Assembly (NCBI GenBank): GCA_965237955.1
Contig: OZ250169.1
Span: 6,048,001-6,112,000, forward strand
Source: Candidatus Marinacidobacterales bacterium
GTDB lineage: Bacteria; Acidobacteriota; Vicinamibacteria; Marinacidobacterales; SMYC01
Reading direction: 5' to 3'
DNA: 64,000 nt
A program made the position numbers and the translations under genes. Positions 10,992 to 20,621 of this stretch are shown in pieces. Position 1 is the stretch's first letter, and each line of letters starts with the position of its first letter. The notes below the pieces were generated by a model. The model worked only from the letters and a program-made list of their open reading frames with translations, was not told the DNA's origin and did no database searches.

Positions 10992-12131
10992 TCATGCCTC
11001 TCCATCCAGCACCTGATCAAGAATCCAATTGTCGATCGTATGTACGCCCCTTTCCGCCGTGCCGATACGTCCGGTTACATTGAACGGGGAAATCAAACCC
11101 TGCTGTTGAAGTTCGCAAACTTCGTTATCTTCGGGATGAGAAGTGTCCCAGCGTTCGTAGTATTTCTCGACGACGTCAGCAAATTCCGCCCGCTCGACCG
11201 TCGATATCGGAAAACAAGAGCCCACGATCACCTTGGTTCGTGTCGGACCCTGAGGTTGGCATTCCATCCACCACATGCAATCGCGTGTGCACCCGAAGAA
11301 CGTGTGAGGATACACAAGAACGAAATAGGTACCTTCGGCAGCTCTGCCGGTCAGAGACGGTATCGGAGGCAAGCTTGCTGTCTCGCCGCGTAACACCGCT
11401 TCCGTGCTCCCTCGCTCGAGGAACGCTCCAGACCAATTGCCGGAGGTCGTGAGCTGAACGCTGACCTGGGAGCCCAATGAGGTGCGGTGTACGGTGGACA
11501 CATGATATGCTTCCCGCTGATTCTCGATATAGACCTTCCAATTGCATGCAACGTCGTAAATCTTTCGGCGAGTACAGATCATTTCCGAGAAGTTATAAGA
11601 ACCAAGAATTTCAGGAAGGTCCCCGAGATAGTCGATGAGACTTTTGTCGTTTTGACTGAAATTTATAAATAGAAAGCCTTCCCAAGTTGCCAATCTGAAT
11701 TGCGTCAATCCATAGTCCGCCAAGTCGAAGTTCTGTGTTTCCTCCATGCCTGCAGCAGCACGCAGTGTGCCGTCCAGTGAATAAGTCCAACTATGATACG
11801 GGCAGCTGATTGCCCTGCAATTTCCCTCGGAGGATAAGAGTCGCGTCCCGCGGTGACGGCACGCGTTGGAGAATGCGCGAATTACACCGTCGTCGCCGTG
11901 TATCAGGATCACTGGCACACCGACCAGGTCGACCGTGAGATAATCGCCAGGTTTGGGAATTAAATCCGCCCGCCCAACGAAATTCCAGGTCCGCATGAAG
12001 ATCCGATCAACTTCTCGCTCGTAGAACTCCGGCGAGGTATAGCACCAAGCTGGTAACTGCTCGGCTTCCATGACGGGCCGTCGGACTTTTTCATAAAGCG
12101 CGGGATCGAGTATGTTCGTCTCGAACGGCAT
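10992..12131 (-). CDS. Rieske non-heme iron oxygenase alpha subunit (choline monooxygenase/aromatic ring-hydroxylating-like)
   Basis: NACRHRG...CPYHSW Rieske ligands; NWKVYIENQREAYHVSTVH and ED mononuclear-iron motifs. Confidence 0.9.
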   Translation of the reverse strand: MPFETNILDPALYEKVRRPVMEAEQLPAWCYTSPEFYEREVDRIFMRTWNFVGRADLIPKPGDYLTVDLVGVPVILIHGDDGVIRAFSNACRHRGTRLLSSEGNCRAISCPYHSWTYSLDGTLRAAAGMEETQNFDLADYGLTQFRLATWEGFLFINFSQNDKSLIDYLGDLPEILGSYNFSEMICTRRKIYDVACNWKVYIENQREAYHVSTVHRTSLGSQVSVQLTTSGNWSGAFLERGSTEAVLRGETASLPPIPSLTGRAAEGTYFVLVYPHTFFGCTRDCMWWMECQPQGPTRTKVIVGSCFPISTVERAEFADVVEKYYERWDTSHPEDNEVCELQQQGLISPFNVTGRIGTAERGVHTIDNWILDQVLDGEA

Positions 12132-12489
12132 ACTGAGAACTCCTCCTCCCGGGTCGCGGACTGCATCGTGGCATGGGCATCCCGTCGATGCAAATCCGAA
12201 CTATCTGGAGTGACACGACGTGACGTCTGGCAAAGCGCGAAGCGATTTCTTGTGCCGCTGGAATTTGGTGCATATTCGGCGTACGGCAAATTCGCTGGAC
12301 ACGACCATCTTGCCGGAGTAGCGTTACTCGACATCAAAATGCCGCCTCGGTCTCTTTGCGAGGGCAGCGTGGTCACATTCGGAATTCGACGCGTTGGGTG
12401 CCGGCGCACTAGACAACGAAATCGGACGATGAGGACCGACCAGGCAAAGACAAAGGCATAGGTAGACACCGCACCGGGAGGAAACGAAA

Positions 12490-13608
12490 ATGAAATTGAG
12501 TAGATTTCGCAATCGGCGGATGGCAGCGCTCAAGCTTGGTACACTCGCCCTTGTCGTTATTGTTGGCCTTTCCGCTTGCGCCAAGTTTTCTGTCGCGGCT
12601 GAAAAGGTCACTCTCGGCTTTCCGCACACCGTCGGCATAACCTCCACGACGATGCATCTGGTTTTATCCAAGGAACTGGGGTACTACGCGGCCGAAGGGC
12701 TGGACGTCGAGTTCCTCTACTTCAACGGATCTTCGATCACTGCGCCCCAAGTAGCCACCAAGAAAGTCGACATCGCTTGGGGTGGAGCATCGTTATTGAT
12801 AAAAGCTCGGCAGAAGGGCCGCGATTATTTACCGATCAAATTCTTCTACAACTGGCTGCGGTCATCGGTTTGGGAATTCGCCGTGCTCGCGGACGGCCCG
12901 ATCCGGTCGCTGCAGGATCTCAAGGGGAAGAAACTCGGAATAAGTAATCGCGGTGCGGCGAACATCCCTCAAACCAAGGCTGCGCTCAGGAGCGCCGGCC
13001 TTGAACCTGGCACTGATGTGGGACTGGTACCGGTTGGGTATGGTGCTCCGGCATTTCGTGCACTAACGACGGGTGCAGTACAGGCATTGAATTTGTTTGA
13101 AGGTATGCACGTTATACTAGAGACCCGTGGTACCAAGCTGCGACGCCTTGCTTACGACGAAAAGTTCAGTAAGATGTTCAGTGACGGCTTTTACACGCAT
13201 GACGACACGATCAAGAACCGGGGCGCAATGTTGGCGAAGTTCGGGCGGGCTGTAACCAAAGGGATCATCGCCTGCGAGGCCAATCGTGAAGCGTGCACCA
13301 GGGCAATGTGGAAACATATTCCGATCAGGAAACCGGTAAAGGGCCCCGAGGCCAAACACTTGGCCAATTCAGCAAAGGTGTCGAAGGCTCGGTATGAAAG
13401 GATTCTTGCCTTCGAGCCTGGAACACCAAGAAAATTCGGGGAGTACCCAGCCGGAAGTTGGCGGCAGTTTGTTGATGTACTTTACGCCGAAGGTGAGTTA
13501 AATACTCGAGATATCCCGATCGACACGCTTTTCACAAACGAGTTTGTCGCTGACTTCAATAAATTTGACGCCGTCGCCGTGCGTCGCCAGGCACGGGCCG
13601 CGAACTGA
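12490..13608 (+). CDS. ABC transporter substrate-binding protein, NMT1/THI5/TauA-like
   Basis: Signal peptide; KELGYYAAEGLDVE and IRSLQDLKGKKLG. Confidence 0.85.
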   Translation: MKLSRFRNRRMAALKLGTLALVVIVGLSACAKFSVAAEKVTLGFPHTVGITSTTMHLVLSKELGYYAAEGLDVEFLYFNGSSITAPQVATKKVDIAWGGASLLIKARQKGRDYLPIKFFYNWLRSSVWEFAVLADGPIRSLQDLKGKKLGISNRGAANIPQTKAALRSAGLEPGTDVGLVPVGYGAPAFRALTTGAVQALNLFEGMHVILETRGTKLRRLAYDEKFSKMFSDGFYTHDDTIKNRGAMLAKFGRAVTKGIIACEANREACTRAMWKHIPIRKPVKGPEAKHLANSAKVSKARYERILAFEPGTPRKFGEYPAGSWRQFVDVLYAEGELNTRDIPIDTLFTNEFVADFNKFDAVAVRRQARAAN

Positions 13609-13672
13609 AGGTCTGCACCTTTGCGGAGCGCAGGGGAGAGACTCTTCTCCTCTGCGTTCTCGTAGATTGATA

Positions 13673-14482
13673 GTGAACAGCGAACGTCCAAGCGAGGGGC
13701 CTGTCCTCATTGCGAAAAGACTCTCCGTCGTTTACGCGACGAAGCGCGAGCCCATCACCGCCCTGAAGGATTTGTCGCTCGAGGTCGATATCGGTGAGTT
13801 CGTCTCAGTGATTGGCCCTTCGGGATGCGGAAAGTCAACGCTTGCCAAGGTTGCTTCAGGGCTTTTGCCGCCGAGCGGTGGAGAGGTATTGTTGGCAGGA
13901 ACGCCGGTGACGGCTCCTCGCCGGGACGTTGGCGTCGTGTTCCAGAATCCTTGTCTGCTGCCATGGAAAACTGTGCTCAGCAACGTAATGGTTCCGGCAC
14001 GCGCTCTCAATTTAGATCCGGTTGCGTCCCGAGAGCGAGCCTTTGAGCTCCTGCGCCTGGTGGGGCTCGAGGGATTTGCAGACAATTATCCGAATGAATT
14101 GTCCGGCGGCATGCAGCAACGAGTCGGCTTAGCGCGTGGATTGCTCCATGATCCCTCGGTATTGCTGATGGATGAGCCATTGGCCGCGCTGGATGCCCTC
14201 ACGCGCGAGCACATGTCAGCCGAGCTCCAGCGAATCTGGATGGCCACCCGCAAGTCCGTCATTTTCATAACGCACAGCATTCCTGAAGCCGTGTTCCTCT
14301 CGGATCGTGTCGTGGTGCTTTCAAATCGTCCCGGCCGCGTCATAGATGACGTGCCTGTCAATCTGCCGCGTCCTCGAGACCTGGACACAATGGCTACACC
14401 AAGCTTCGTTGAAATTTGCAATCTACTTCGAAAAAAATTCGACCAAATGGACGCACCCACCAGAACGGATGGTACAAAATGA
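13673..14482 (+). CDS. ABC transporter ATP-binding protein (TauB/SsuB-like)
   Basis: GPSGCGKST, LSGGMQQR, LLMDEP, FITHS. Confidence 0.92.
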   Translation: MNSERPSEGPVLIAKRLSVVYATKREPITALKDLSLEVDIGEFVSVIGPSGCGKSTLAKVASGLLPPSGGEVLLAGTPVTAPRRDVGVVFQNPCLLPWKTVLSNVMVPARALNLDPVASRERAFELLRLVGLEGFADNYPNELSGGMQQRVGLARGLLHDPSVLLMDEPLAALDALTREHMSAELQRIWMATRKSVIFITHSIPEAVFLSDRVVVLSNRPGRVIDDVPVNLPRPRDLDTMATPSFVEICNLLRKKFDQMDAPTRTDGTK

Positions 14483-15270
14483 GAGAGAAAGTAACCCTCG
14501 TCTTGTGCCCGCTGATCACGCTTGTCGTCGTCATATTTCTCTGGTCCGTTTACCTCGAAATTTCCGAAGTTCCAAACTACATTCTTCCAGATCCTTACTC
14601 GGTGTTCTCGACATTCATTGCTGCTTATTCGCAAGGTCATATCTGGCCGCATCTCTTCTTTACGTTCAAATCAACCGCGCTTGGATATTTCGTCGGCTGT
14701 GGGCTTGGGCTAACCCTCGGCAGTTTGCTTGCCGAATCCAGGACGTTCGAGAAGTTCATGTACATTTATGTGGTCATCTTGCAGTCCATGCCGAAGGTCG
14801 CCTTGGCGCCTCTGATCATTGTGTGGTTCGGGTTTGGTATCGAATCAAAAATCGTTATGGTCGCGCTGCTTTGTTTTTTTCCCGTGTTCATCAACGCGTT
14901 CGTCGGCATTCGCCAGGCAGATCCCGACCTCATCGATGTATTGCGTGTTTTTTCCGCTTCGAGATCTCTTATCTTCTTCCACGTGAAACTGCCGGCGGCT
15001 TCGGGGAGCATATTCGCCGGTTTACAGATCGCTGTCGCGCTGGGCCTGATTGGTGCCGTCGTGGCCGAATTCATAGCATCCCAGCACGGGCTGGGCACCG
15101 TCATTCAATCAGCTGCTCTCGAACTCGATACCAGCTTGATGTTGACTGGTGTTTTCTCGCTTGCGTTGATGGGGGTTGCCGGAAATCTTTTAGTGAGAAT
15201 TTGTCATCGTAAGGTTGTATTTTGGGAGGAAGGTCGCTCGCAGATAAAGACGAATTTGGAAGTTGCGTGA
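14479..15270 (+). CDS. ABC transporter permease (TauC/SsuC-like)
   Basis: PKVALAPLIIVWFGFG, VVAEF; ATGA overlap with the ATPase gene. Confidence 0.9.
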   Translation: MREKVTLVLCPLITLVVVIFLWSVYLEISEVPNYILPDPYSVFSTFIAAYSQGHIWPHLFFTFKSTALGYFVGCGLGLTLGSLLAESRTFEKFMYIYVVILQSMPKVALAPLIIVWFGFGIESKIVMVALLCFFPVFINAFVGIRQADPDLIDVLRVFSASRSLIFFHVKLPAASGSIFAGLQIAVALGLIGAVVAEFIASQHGLGTVIQSAALELDTSLMLTGVFSLALMGVAGNLLVRICHRKVVFWEEGRSQIKTNLEVA

Positions 15271-15483
15271 GCTAAGCTTGGCGAGGAATATGGCTCCTCG
15301 ACGTTCCAAGTGGAATTTGGTCCGGAATCCACTCGAGAGGTCGAAGAAGCACGAACTTTCGCGACACTATTAGCTGCTGTATTGCTCGTCGCTTTGAAAT
15401 CTAAATTGCTAACGCTCAGTGTCTGTTCCGATGTTTTCTGGTGGCATGGCTCGAAACGACGAGTCGATCAAACACAAACGGCC

Positions 15484-15849
15484 TTATGGATCTTGCCATA
15501 AACTCCCGTTTTCGTGGAAGTATCCAATTGCTTTGGCAATCTCGTGAAACTCTCGCGGTGAAAGCCGTTCCACCAATTCAGCGAAATACATTGGTTGATT
15601 CTCGATTAGCAGCCGGACTTCCCCTGCCAAAGCATCTGTGCCCGTCACTTGCCGTGGGGCGACTTGGGTATCGCTTGTTTTCCCGAGATAGTCCTCTAGA
15701 TGCACTTCCGTCGCGCCAACGTAAGCGATGCGTTCGAACCACTCGCGCGGAGCTGCGTCTGGGATCGTTGCGTCGATTCCCATCTTCGCCGTGGTCGGCA
15801 CGCCAGCGTACGGCAAAGACGATAAACTGGGGATCGTGGGGCTTGGCCC
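15484..15849 (-). pseudogene. 3' fragment of a UbiD-family decarboxylase
   Basis: PTTAKMGIDATIP is the conserved UbiD C-terminal motif. The N-terminal part is replaced by an IS end. Confidence 0.7.
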
Positions 15850-15999
15850 GGAGCCGTGGAACTCCAGCTTCAGGCGGCGGTCGAAATCCAGCCGAAATGG
15901 CTCGCATTTGGAATCACCCGCCGGGTGACGCCGGTTACCCGCCGAGCTATTTTGAGTCAAGCTCAATTGTGTCGGAGGGACTCCTATGGGGAATCCCGG
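15850..15999 (-). mobile_element. IS1380-family left end with ~25 codons of transposase
   Basis: Minus strand starts CCGGGATTCCCCAT (IS1380-type IR) and encodes HPAGDSKCEPFRLDFDRRLKLEFHGS, the IS1380 transposase N-terminus. Confidence 0.75.
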
Positions 16000-16015
16000 A
16001 TTAGGAGAGGGTGCG

Positions 16016-16648
16016 ATGGCGGATCATCTGGACGGCCTATCCGGCGACATCGTCGAGGATACCGTGATCGCCGCGCGGGGCTCGTGGACCCGTCGCATCG
16101 AGCGTGGCGAGACGCTACGGATCATCGATCTCGAGGGCTGCCAAGCGGTCGATTTCCTGTGCTACAACGCCGACGACCACGACGATCGCTACGCCGCCGC
16201 CGACACCATGAAGATCAACGAGACGGGGATCTTCCTCACTGCCGGCACGGTGCTCTACAGCGTGCGCCTGACGCCGCTGTTCACCATCACCGCCGATACC
16301 TGCGGTAAGCACGACACCATCGGCGGCTGCTGCTCGGCCGAGCTCAACGCCTTCCGTTACGGCGTCGTGGATGAGCCCAACTGCCGTGACAACTTTCTCA
16401 CCGAGCTCGAAAAGTACGGCATGGGCAACAACAACATGGCGGCCAACATCAACTTCTTCATGTTCGTGCCGGTCGGCGTCGACGGCGAGATGGACATGGG
16501 ACCCAGCATCTCGAAACCCGGCGACTACGTCGATCTCAGGGCGGAAACCGATGTGCTGGCGGTGATCTCCAACTGCCCGCAGATCAACAATCCGGTCAAC
16601 GACTACAACCCGACGCCGGTCCGGGTCGTCGTGTCGGGCGGGTCATGA
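16016..16648 (+). CDS. DUF1989 / urea-carboxylase-associated family protein
   Basis: LRIIDLEGCQAVD, HDTIGGCCS, NCRDNF, SNCPQINNP; AGGAGAG RBS. Confidence 0.9.
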   Translation: MADHLDGLSGDIVEDTVIAARGSWTRRIERGETLRIIDLEGCQAVDFLCYNADDHDDRYAAADTMKINETGIFLTAGTVLYSVRLTPLFTITADTCGKHDTIGGCCSAELNAFRYGVVDEPNCRDNFLTELEKYGMGNNNMAANINFFMFVPVGVDGEMDMGPSISKPGDYVDLRAETDVLAVISNCPQINNPVNDYNPTPVRVVVSGGS

Positions 16649-16862
16649 TCGGGGGCCGTGACCGGGTCGCCGCAGCAATTGGTTGACAATCGGTCTGGAT
16701 CTGAAATTCTGAGACACTAGTGTCGAAGAAATTCGGCCTCATATCATCAAGACCCAGGGCACGACGTCGCGGATGAAGCCCTGCGTTCCAGAATACGCAT
16801 GTTCGCTTGGGCGGGCCGAGCTGGAATTCCCGATTTGATCATCGAGGGAATGACGCTTTAAT

Positions 16863-16909
16863 TGGTCGGGGCGGCAGGATTTGAACCTGCGACCCCCTGA
16901 TCCCGAACC
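16863..16909 (-). repeat. attR-like duplication of the 3' 47 bp of tRNA-Pro(CGG)
   Basis: TGGTCGGGGCGGCAGGATT(T/C)GAACCTGCGACCCCCTGATCCCGAACC matches 23257..23303 with one mismatch. Confidence 0.95.
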
Positions 16910-16981
16910 GGCCTGCTGGGCCTACATCCGTGCGAATCCACGTCGCCATTGACACTACCAACAATCCGGGGCGGAGCGCTC

Positions 16982-17536
16982 TCAGTTCTCGGGAGAGCGC
17001 TCGGGTTCGCCCGCGTCCTGATCCGACGTAAGAAACTCAGCGGTTTCCTCCGCCGAAACGCCGACTGGACCCGTCACCAAAACCGGCGAAGCCTCGATCT
17101 CCTGAGCGTGCATCATCTCAGCGACCCTCTGGAGCGTGGAAAGGATGAGCGTTTGCTCCCAGTCTTCGAGCCCCTCGAGTGCGTTGGCGAACCGCTCCTG
17201 CAGTAGCGGCGGAGCCACCTGGATCGCGGTTCGACCGACATCGGTGAGCTCGTTGATGACCCGCCGCTTGTCCTCGGTGCTGCGCCGCCTTTCGATGAAT
17301 TTCTTCTTGCCGAGCCGCTCCAGAATGTCGGAGAGCGTCGCTTGTCCGAGCGAGACCCCATCGGCGAGCTGACCCGTCGTTTGCGGCCCACGCTTTTCCA
17401 AGGACTGCAGGACCACGAGCTGGGGCCCGGTCAAACCGTAGTGTTGCGCCAGATACTTCGAATGTAAATCCACGGCCCGGATGATGCGCCTGAGGGCGGA
17501 GACAATCTCACCCAGGGTATCGAAGTCCTTCGTCAC
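16982..17536 (-). CDS. MarR-family regulator, EctR-like
   Basis: ALRRIIRAVDLHSK, GLTGPQL, ILERL, DKRR and WEQTLILSTLQRVAEMM, typical of the EctR/CosR subgroup. Confidence 0.85.
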   Translation of the reverse strand: MTKDFDTLGEIVSALRRIIRAVDLHSKYLAQHYGLTGPQLVVLQSLEKRGPQTTGQLADGVSLGQATLSDILERLGKKKFIERRRSTEDKRRVINELTDVGRTAIQVAPPLLQERFANALEGLEDWEQTLILSTLQRVAEMMHAQEIEASPVLVTGPVGVSAEETAEFLTSDQDAGEPERSPEN

Positions 17537-17580
17537 GATGTAGTCGCCTCCAACGACTCACCCCATGGTACTTTCCGGGC

Positions 17581-19074
17581 CTACAATCGGCTACTCGGAT
17601 CCGCCCAGCGCCGTACTAGGCTCTCTAGCAAGCGCGGGTTCGAGAACTGGCGCACGAAGATGTCCTTGTAGACCTGCTCCTCCCGGCTGCGTGCCGGAGA
17701 TGCGGGCTCCTCCTCCCCGACGAGCACGTCCGAGATCACGCGCATCCTTTGGGCGACACCGCTTCCCTCGTCAAACTGAGCTTTTTCGCGCCACAGTATC
17801 TCCGCGGGCACCAGATCTTCGCACGCTTTTCTCAGGATCCACTTTTCCGTTGCGGAAGGGCCCGGCGCCGGGTAGAGCTTGAGCTCGGGAGGGATGCGGA
17901 AGGCTAGGTCGATCATGGAAAGATCGAGAAACGGGACGCGCCCCTCGACCGAGTGCGCCATGGTCATGCGATCGACGCGCTGAAGATTGACGTCATGCTT
18001 GGCTCCCACGGAACGACGAAGCTCGTCCTGCAGCGTCGTCGCTCGATTGGCGTAGTCCTTGTAGTACGCATAGCCCGCGAAGAGCTCGTCGGCACCCTCT
18101 CCGGTCAGGACGACCTTCACGTGATCGGACGCGAGGCGCGCGGTGAAATAACAGGGAATGGCGGAGCGCACCAGGTCGACGTCGAAAGACTCCATGTGGT
18201 AGAGGATATCGGGAAGCTTCTCGACGATCTCGTTTTCGTCCAGGACGTACTCGTGGTGGATGGTGCCGAGTACGCGCGAAACAAATCGTGCAGCTTCGAG
18301 ATCATCGCTTCCCTCGAAGCCAACGGTGAACGTGTGAAGCTCGGAGACGTGCCGTCGCGCGATGGCGGTGATGATGGCGCTGTCGAGACCTCCAGAAAGA
18401 AAAGCCCCCACCGGAACATCGCTCATCAAACGTTTGTGAACAGCGTCTTCGATCGCAGTTCGCACCGCCAACGCCACCGTGCTCGCGTCGGCCGAGGCGT
18501 GCAGCGTCGACGCGGGATCAGGCAGAGCGAAGTACTGGTGAACGCCGGTCCGCGAATGAAACCAGGTGCCCGGCGGAAACTCGCGCGCTTGTCGGATACC
18601 TTTAGGAAAAGCCTTGAGCTCGGAAGCGAACAGAAGCCGTCCGTCATCCTCGGCCACGTAGAGAGGCTTGATGCCCACCGGATCGCGCGCCGCGTAGACG
18701 TCCTCGCCGTCGGCAATCACGAAAGCGAACATTCCATCGAGGTGGTTAGGAAGCTCGACTCCGTCCACGTCGTAAAGATGGAGAGCCGCCTCGGTGTCGC
18801 TTCCGGTGTTGAAGCAGTAGCGCCCCCTCAAACTGCGGCGGATTTCCGGGAAGTCGTAGATTTCACCGTTGCCGACGATGGCTCTTCCCTGGTCCGCTCG
18901 GATCGGTTGATCACCGCCCGCGGGATCCATGATGGCGAGGCGACAATGCCCGAGCGTGCCGTGCTCGCTCTCGAGCTTGCCGGAGGTATCCGGGCCCCGG
19001 TGCGCGAGACGCGCGAGCATGCGATCAACGAACTCGGGCTCGGGAGCTCCCCAGACGGAGGCGACGCCGCACAT
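17581..19074 (-). CDS. Asparagine synthase B-like glutamine amidotransferase
   Basis: N-terminal MCG, HRGPD, NGEIY, SGGLDS, TGEGADELF, EGRVPFLD. Confidence 0.9.
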   Translation of the reverse strand: MCGVASVWGAPEPEFVDRMLARLAHRGPDTSGKLESEHGTLGHCRLAIMDPAGGDQPIRADQGRAIVGNGEIYDFPEIRRSLRGRYCFNTGSDTEAALHLYDVDGVELPNHLDGMFAFVIADGEDVYAARDPVGIKPLYVAEDDGRLLFASELKAFPKGIRQAREFPPGTWFHSRTGVHQYFALPDPASTLHASADASTVALAVRTAIEDAVHKRLMSDVPVGAFLSGGLDSAIITAIARRHVSELHTFTVGFEGSDDLEAARFVSRVLGTIHHEYVLDENEIVEKLPDILYHMESFDVDLVRSAIPCYFTARLASDHVKVVLTGEGADELFAGYAYYKDYANRATTLQDELRRSVGAKHDVNLQRVDRMTMAHSVEGRVPFLDLSMIDLAFRIPPELKLYPAPGPSATEKWILRKACEDLVPAEILWREKAQFDEGSGVAQRMRVISDVLVGEEEPASPARSREEQVYKDIFVRQFSNPRLLESLVRRWADPSSRL

Positions 19075-20621
19075 TAGGGCACGAGTCCTCGTTCTCGGAG
19101 AAACTCCGCGGCAACGGCCTCGATCGACCGCTTGCCTTCCTCCACCGAGGCGTTCAGTCCACGCATCGTGGCGTCATCGATGCGATCGGCGAGAGCCGAG
19201 AGCGCCCCTCGGAGCTCGGGCCAACGTTTGAGGACTTCTCGGCGCGCTACCGGCGCAGCCTGGTACGGCGGAAAGTAGGACGCGTCGTCCCCGAGCGTCT
19301 GCAGGTCGTACGCCTCGATCCGCCCGTCGGTGGAGAACGCAGCGATGGCGTCGACTTCGTTTCCGGCAAGGGCGCTGTACATCAACGCCGGATCGAGATC
19401 GCGTACTTCGCCGAACGCGAAACCGTACCTGCGGCTCAAGCCCGGATAGCCATCGGCACGCTCGGCGAACTCCGCCGTGAATCCCGCTCGAAGGTTGGTC
19501 GCGTCTCGAGCGAGATCGGAAATGGTGGTCCAACCGCGCCCACTCGCGTCGTCGCGGCGGACCGCAATCGTATAACTGTTATCGAATCCCAGAGGCGGGA
19601 GCCACTCCAAATCGAAACGCTCGCGGTACTCCTCGGTCACGATGGTCCAGAGATCATCGGGAGATTCCGGCATCTCCAAATTCAAAACCGCCGTGAGTGC
19701 CGTGCCCGAGTACTCGACATAGAGATCGAGCTCCCCCGAAATGAGCGCTTCATGGCAGATCATCGTGCCCCCGAGGTTCGGGTAACGCTCCACGCGAAGC
19801 TCGGTGCGCGCTTCGACGAGTTGCGCGACGACTTCGGCAAGGACGAGCTGTTCGGTGAAATTCTTGCTTCCGATGCGCACGACTCCCTGCTCGGGCGCAG
19901 CCGGGCCACCACTGGTGAGCGACAGCGCTCCGAGCACGACGAGCGCGAGGGGAGACCAGGCAGCGACGGCTTTCAGGCGCGCCTTCCACGCGGTTCTCTC
20001 TTGCCGTCGCGGCGCTCGGAGTCCCCACGCGGCCGCGCCCAGGCTGAAATCCACGGCCATTGCCAGGATGGCGGCTGGGATGGCGCCGAGGAGGATCAGA
20101 TCGTATCGCGAGAGGGCCAGGCCGCGGTTGATGAATTGACCGAGCCCGCCCGCGCCGATGAACGCCGACAGGGTCGCGATGCCGACACCGACCACCGCCG
20201 CGGTTCGAATCCCGGCCACGATGATCGGAGCCGCGAGCGGCATCTCCACGAGGACGAGACGCTGGCGCGAGCTCATCCCGACGCCGTCGGCCGCTTCGGT
20301 CACCGACGGTGGGATGGTCTCGAAACCCGCGAGCGTATTCCGCACGATGGGCAAGAGCGCGTAGAGGGACAGGGCGGTAATGGCGGGAAGAGCGCCAATC
20401 TGCCGGAACAGGACGAGAAGAAGCGCGAGCATGGCGAGGCTCGGAATCGTCTGTAGAATGCCGACGACGCTCAAGACCACGCCCTTGAGCGCACGTTGGC
20501 GCGCGGCAAGAATCCCGAGGGGGACTCCGGCGAGGATGGCGAACACGGTGGAAGCGCCGGTGAGCACCAGGTGCTCACTCGTCCTCAGCCAAAGCTCGGC
20601 CCAGCGCGAAGCATCCATCAC
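19074..20621 (-). CDS. Osmoprotectant (glycine betaine/choline) ABC transporter, fused permease and substrate-binding protein
   Basis: QTIPSLA, GAGGLG, IGSKNFTEQ, VEYSGT, FPPYQA (OpuC/OsmF-type). Confidence 0.92.
   Translation of the reverse strand: MMDASRWAELWLRTSEHLVLTGASTVFAILAGVPLGILAARQRALKGVVLSVVGILQTIPSLAMLALLLVLFRQIGALPAITALSLYALLPIVRNTLAGFETIPPSVTEAADGVGMSSRQRLVLVEMPLAAPIIVAGIRTAAVVGVGIATLSAFIGAGGLGQFINRGLALSRYDLILLGAIPAAILAMAVDFSLGAAAWGLRAPRRQERTAWKARLKAVAAWSPLALVVLGALSLTSGGPAAPEQGVVRIGSKNFTEQLVLAEVVAQLVEARTELRVERYPNLGGTMICHEALISGELDLYVEYSGTALTAVLNLEMPESPDDLWTIVTEEYRERFDLEWLPPLGFDNSYTIAVRRDDASGRGWTTISDLARDATNLRAGFTAEFAERADGYPGLSRRYGFAFGEVRDLDPALMYSALAGNEVDAIAAFSTDGRIEAYDLQTLGDDASYFPPYQAAPVARREVLKRWPELRGALSALADRIDDATMRGLNASVEEGKRSIEAVAAEFLRERGLVP

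Noticed and set aside
16863-16909. Third tRNA-Pro gene
   Set aside because: Only the 3' 47 nt are present, without D-arm or 5' acceptor strand; it is an att duplication.
17581-19074. Lasso-peptide cyclase or ectoine/NAGGN cluster
   Set aside because: An intact N-terminal Cys glutaminase domain is present, with no precursor peptide, B protein, ectABC or ngg gene nearby.
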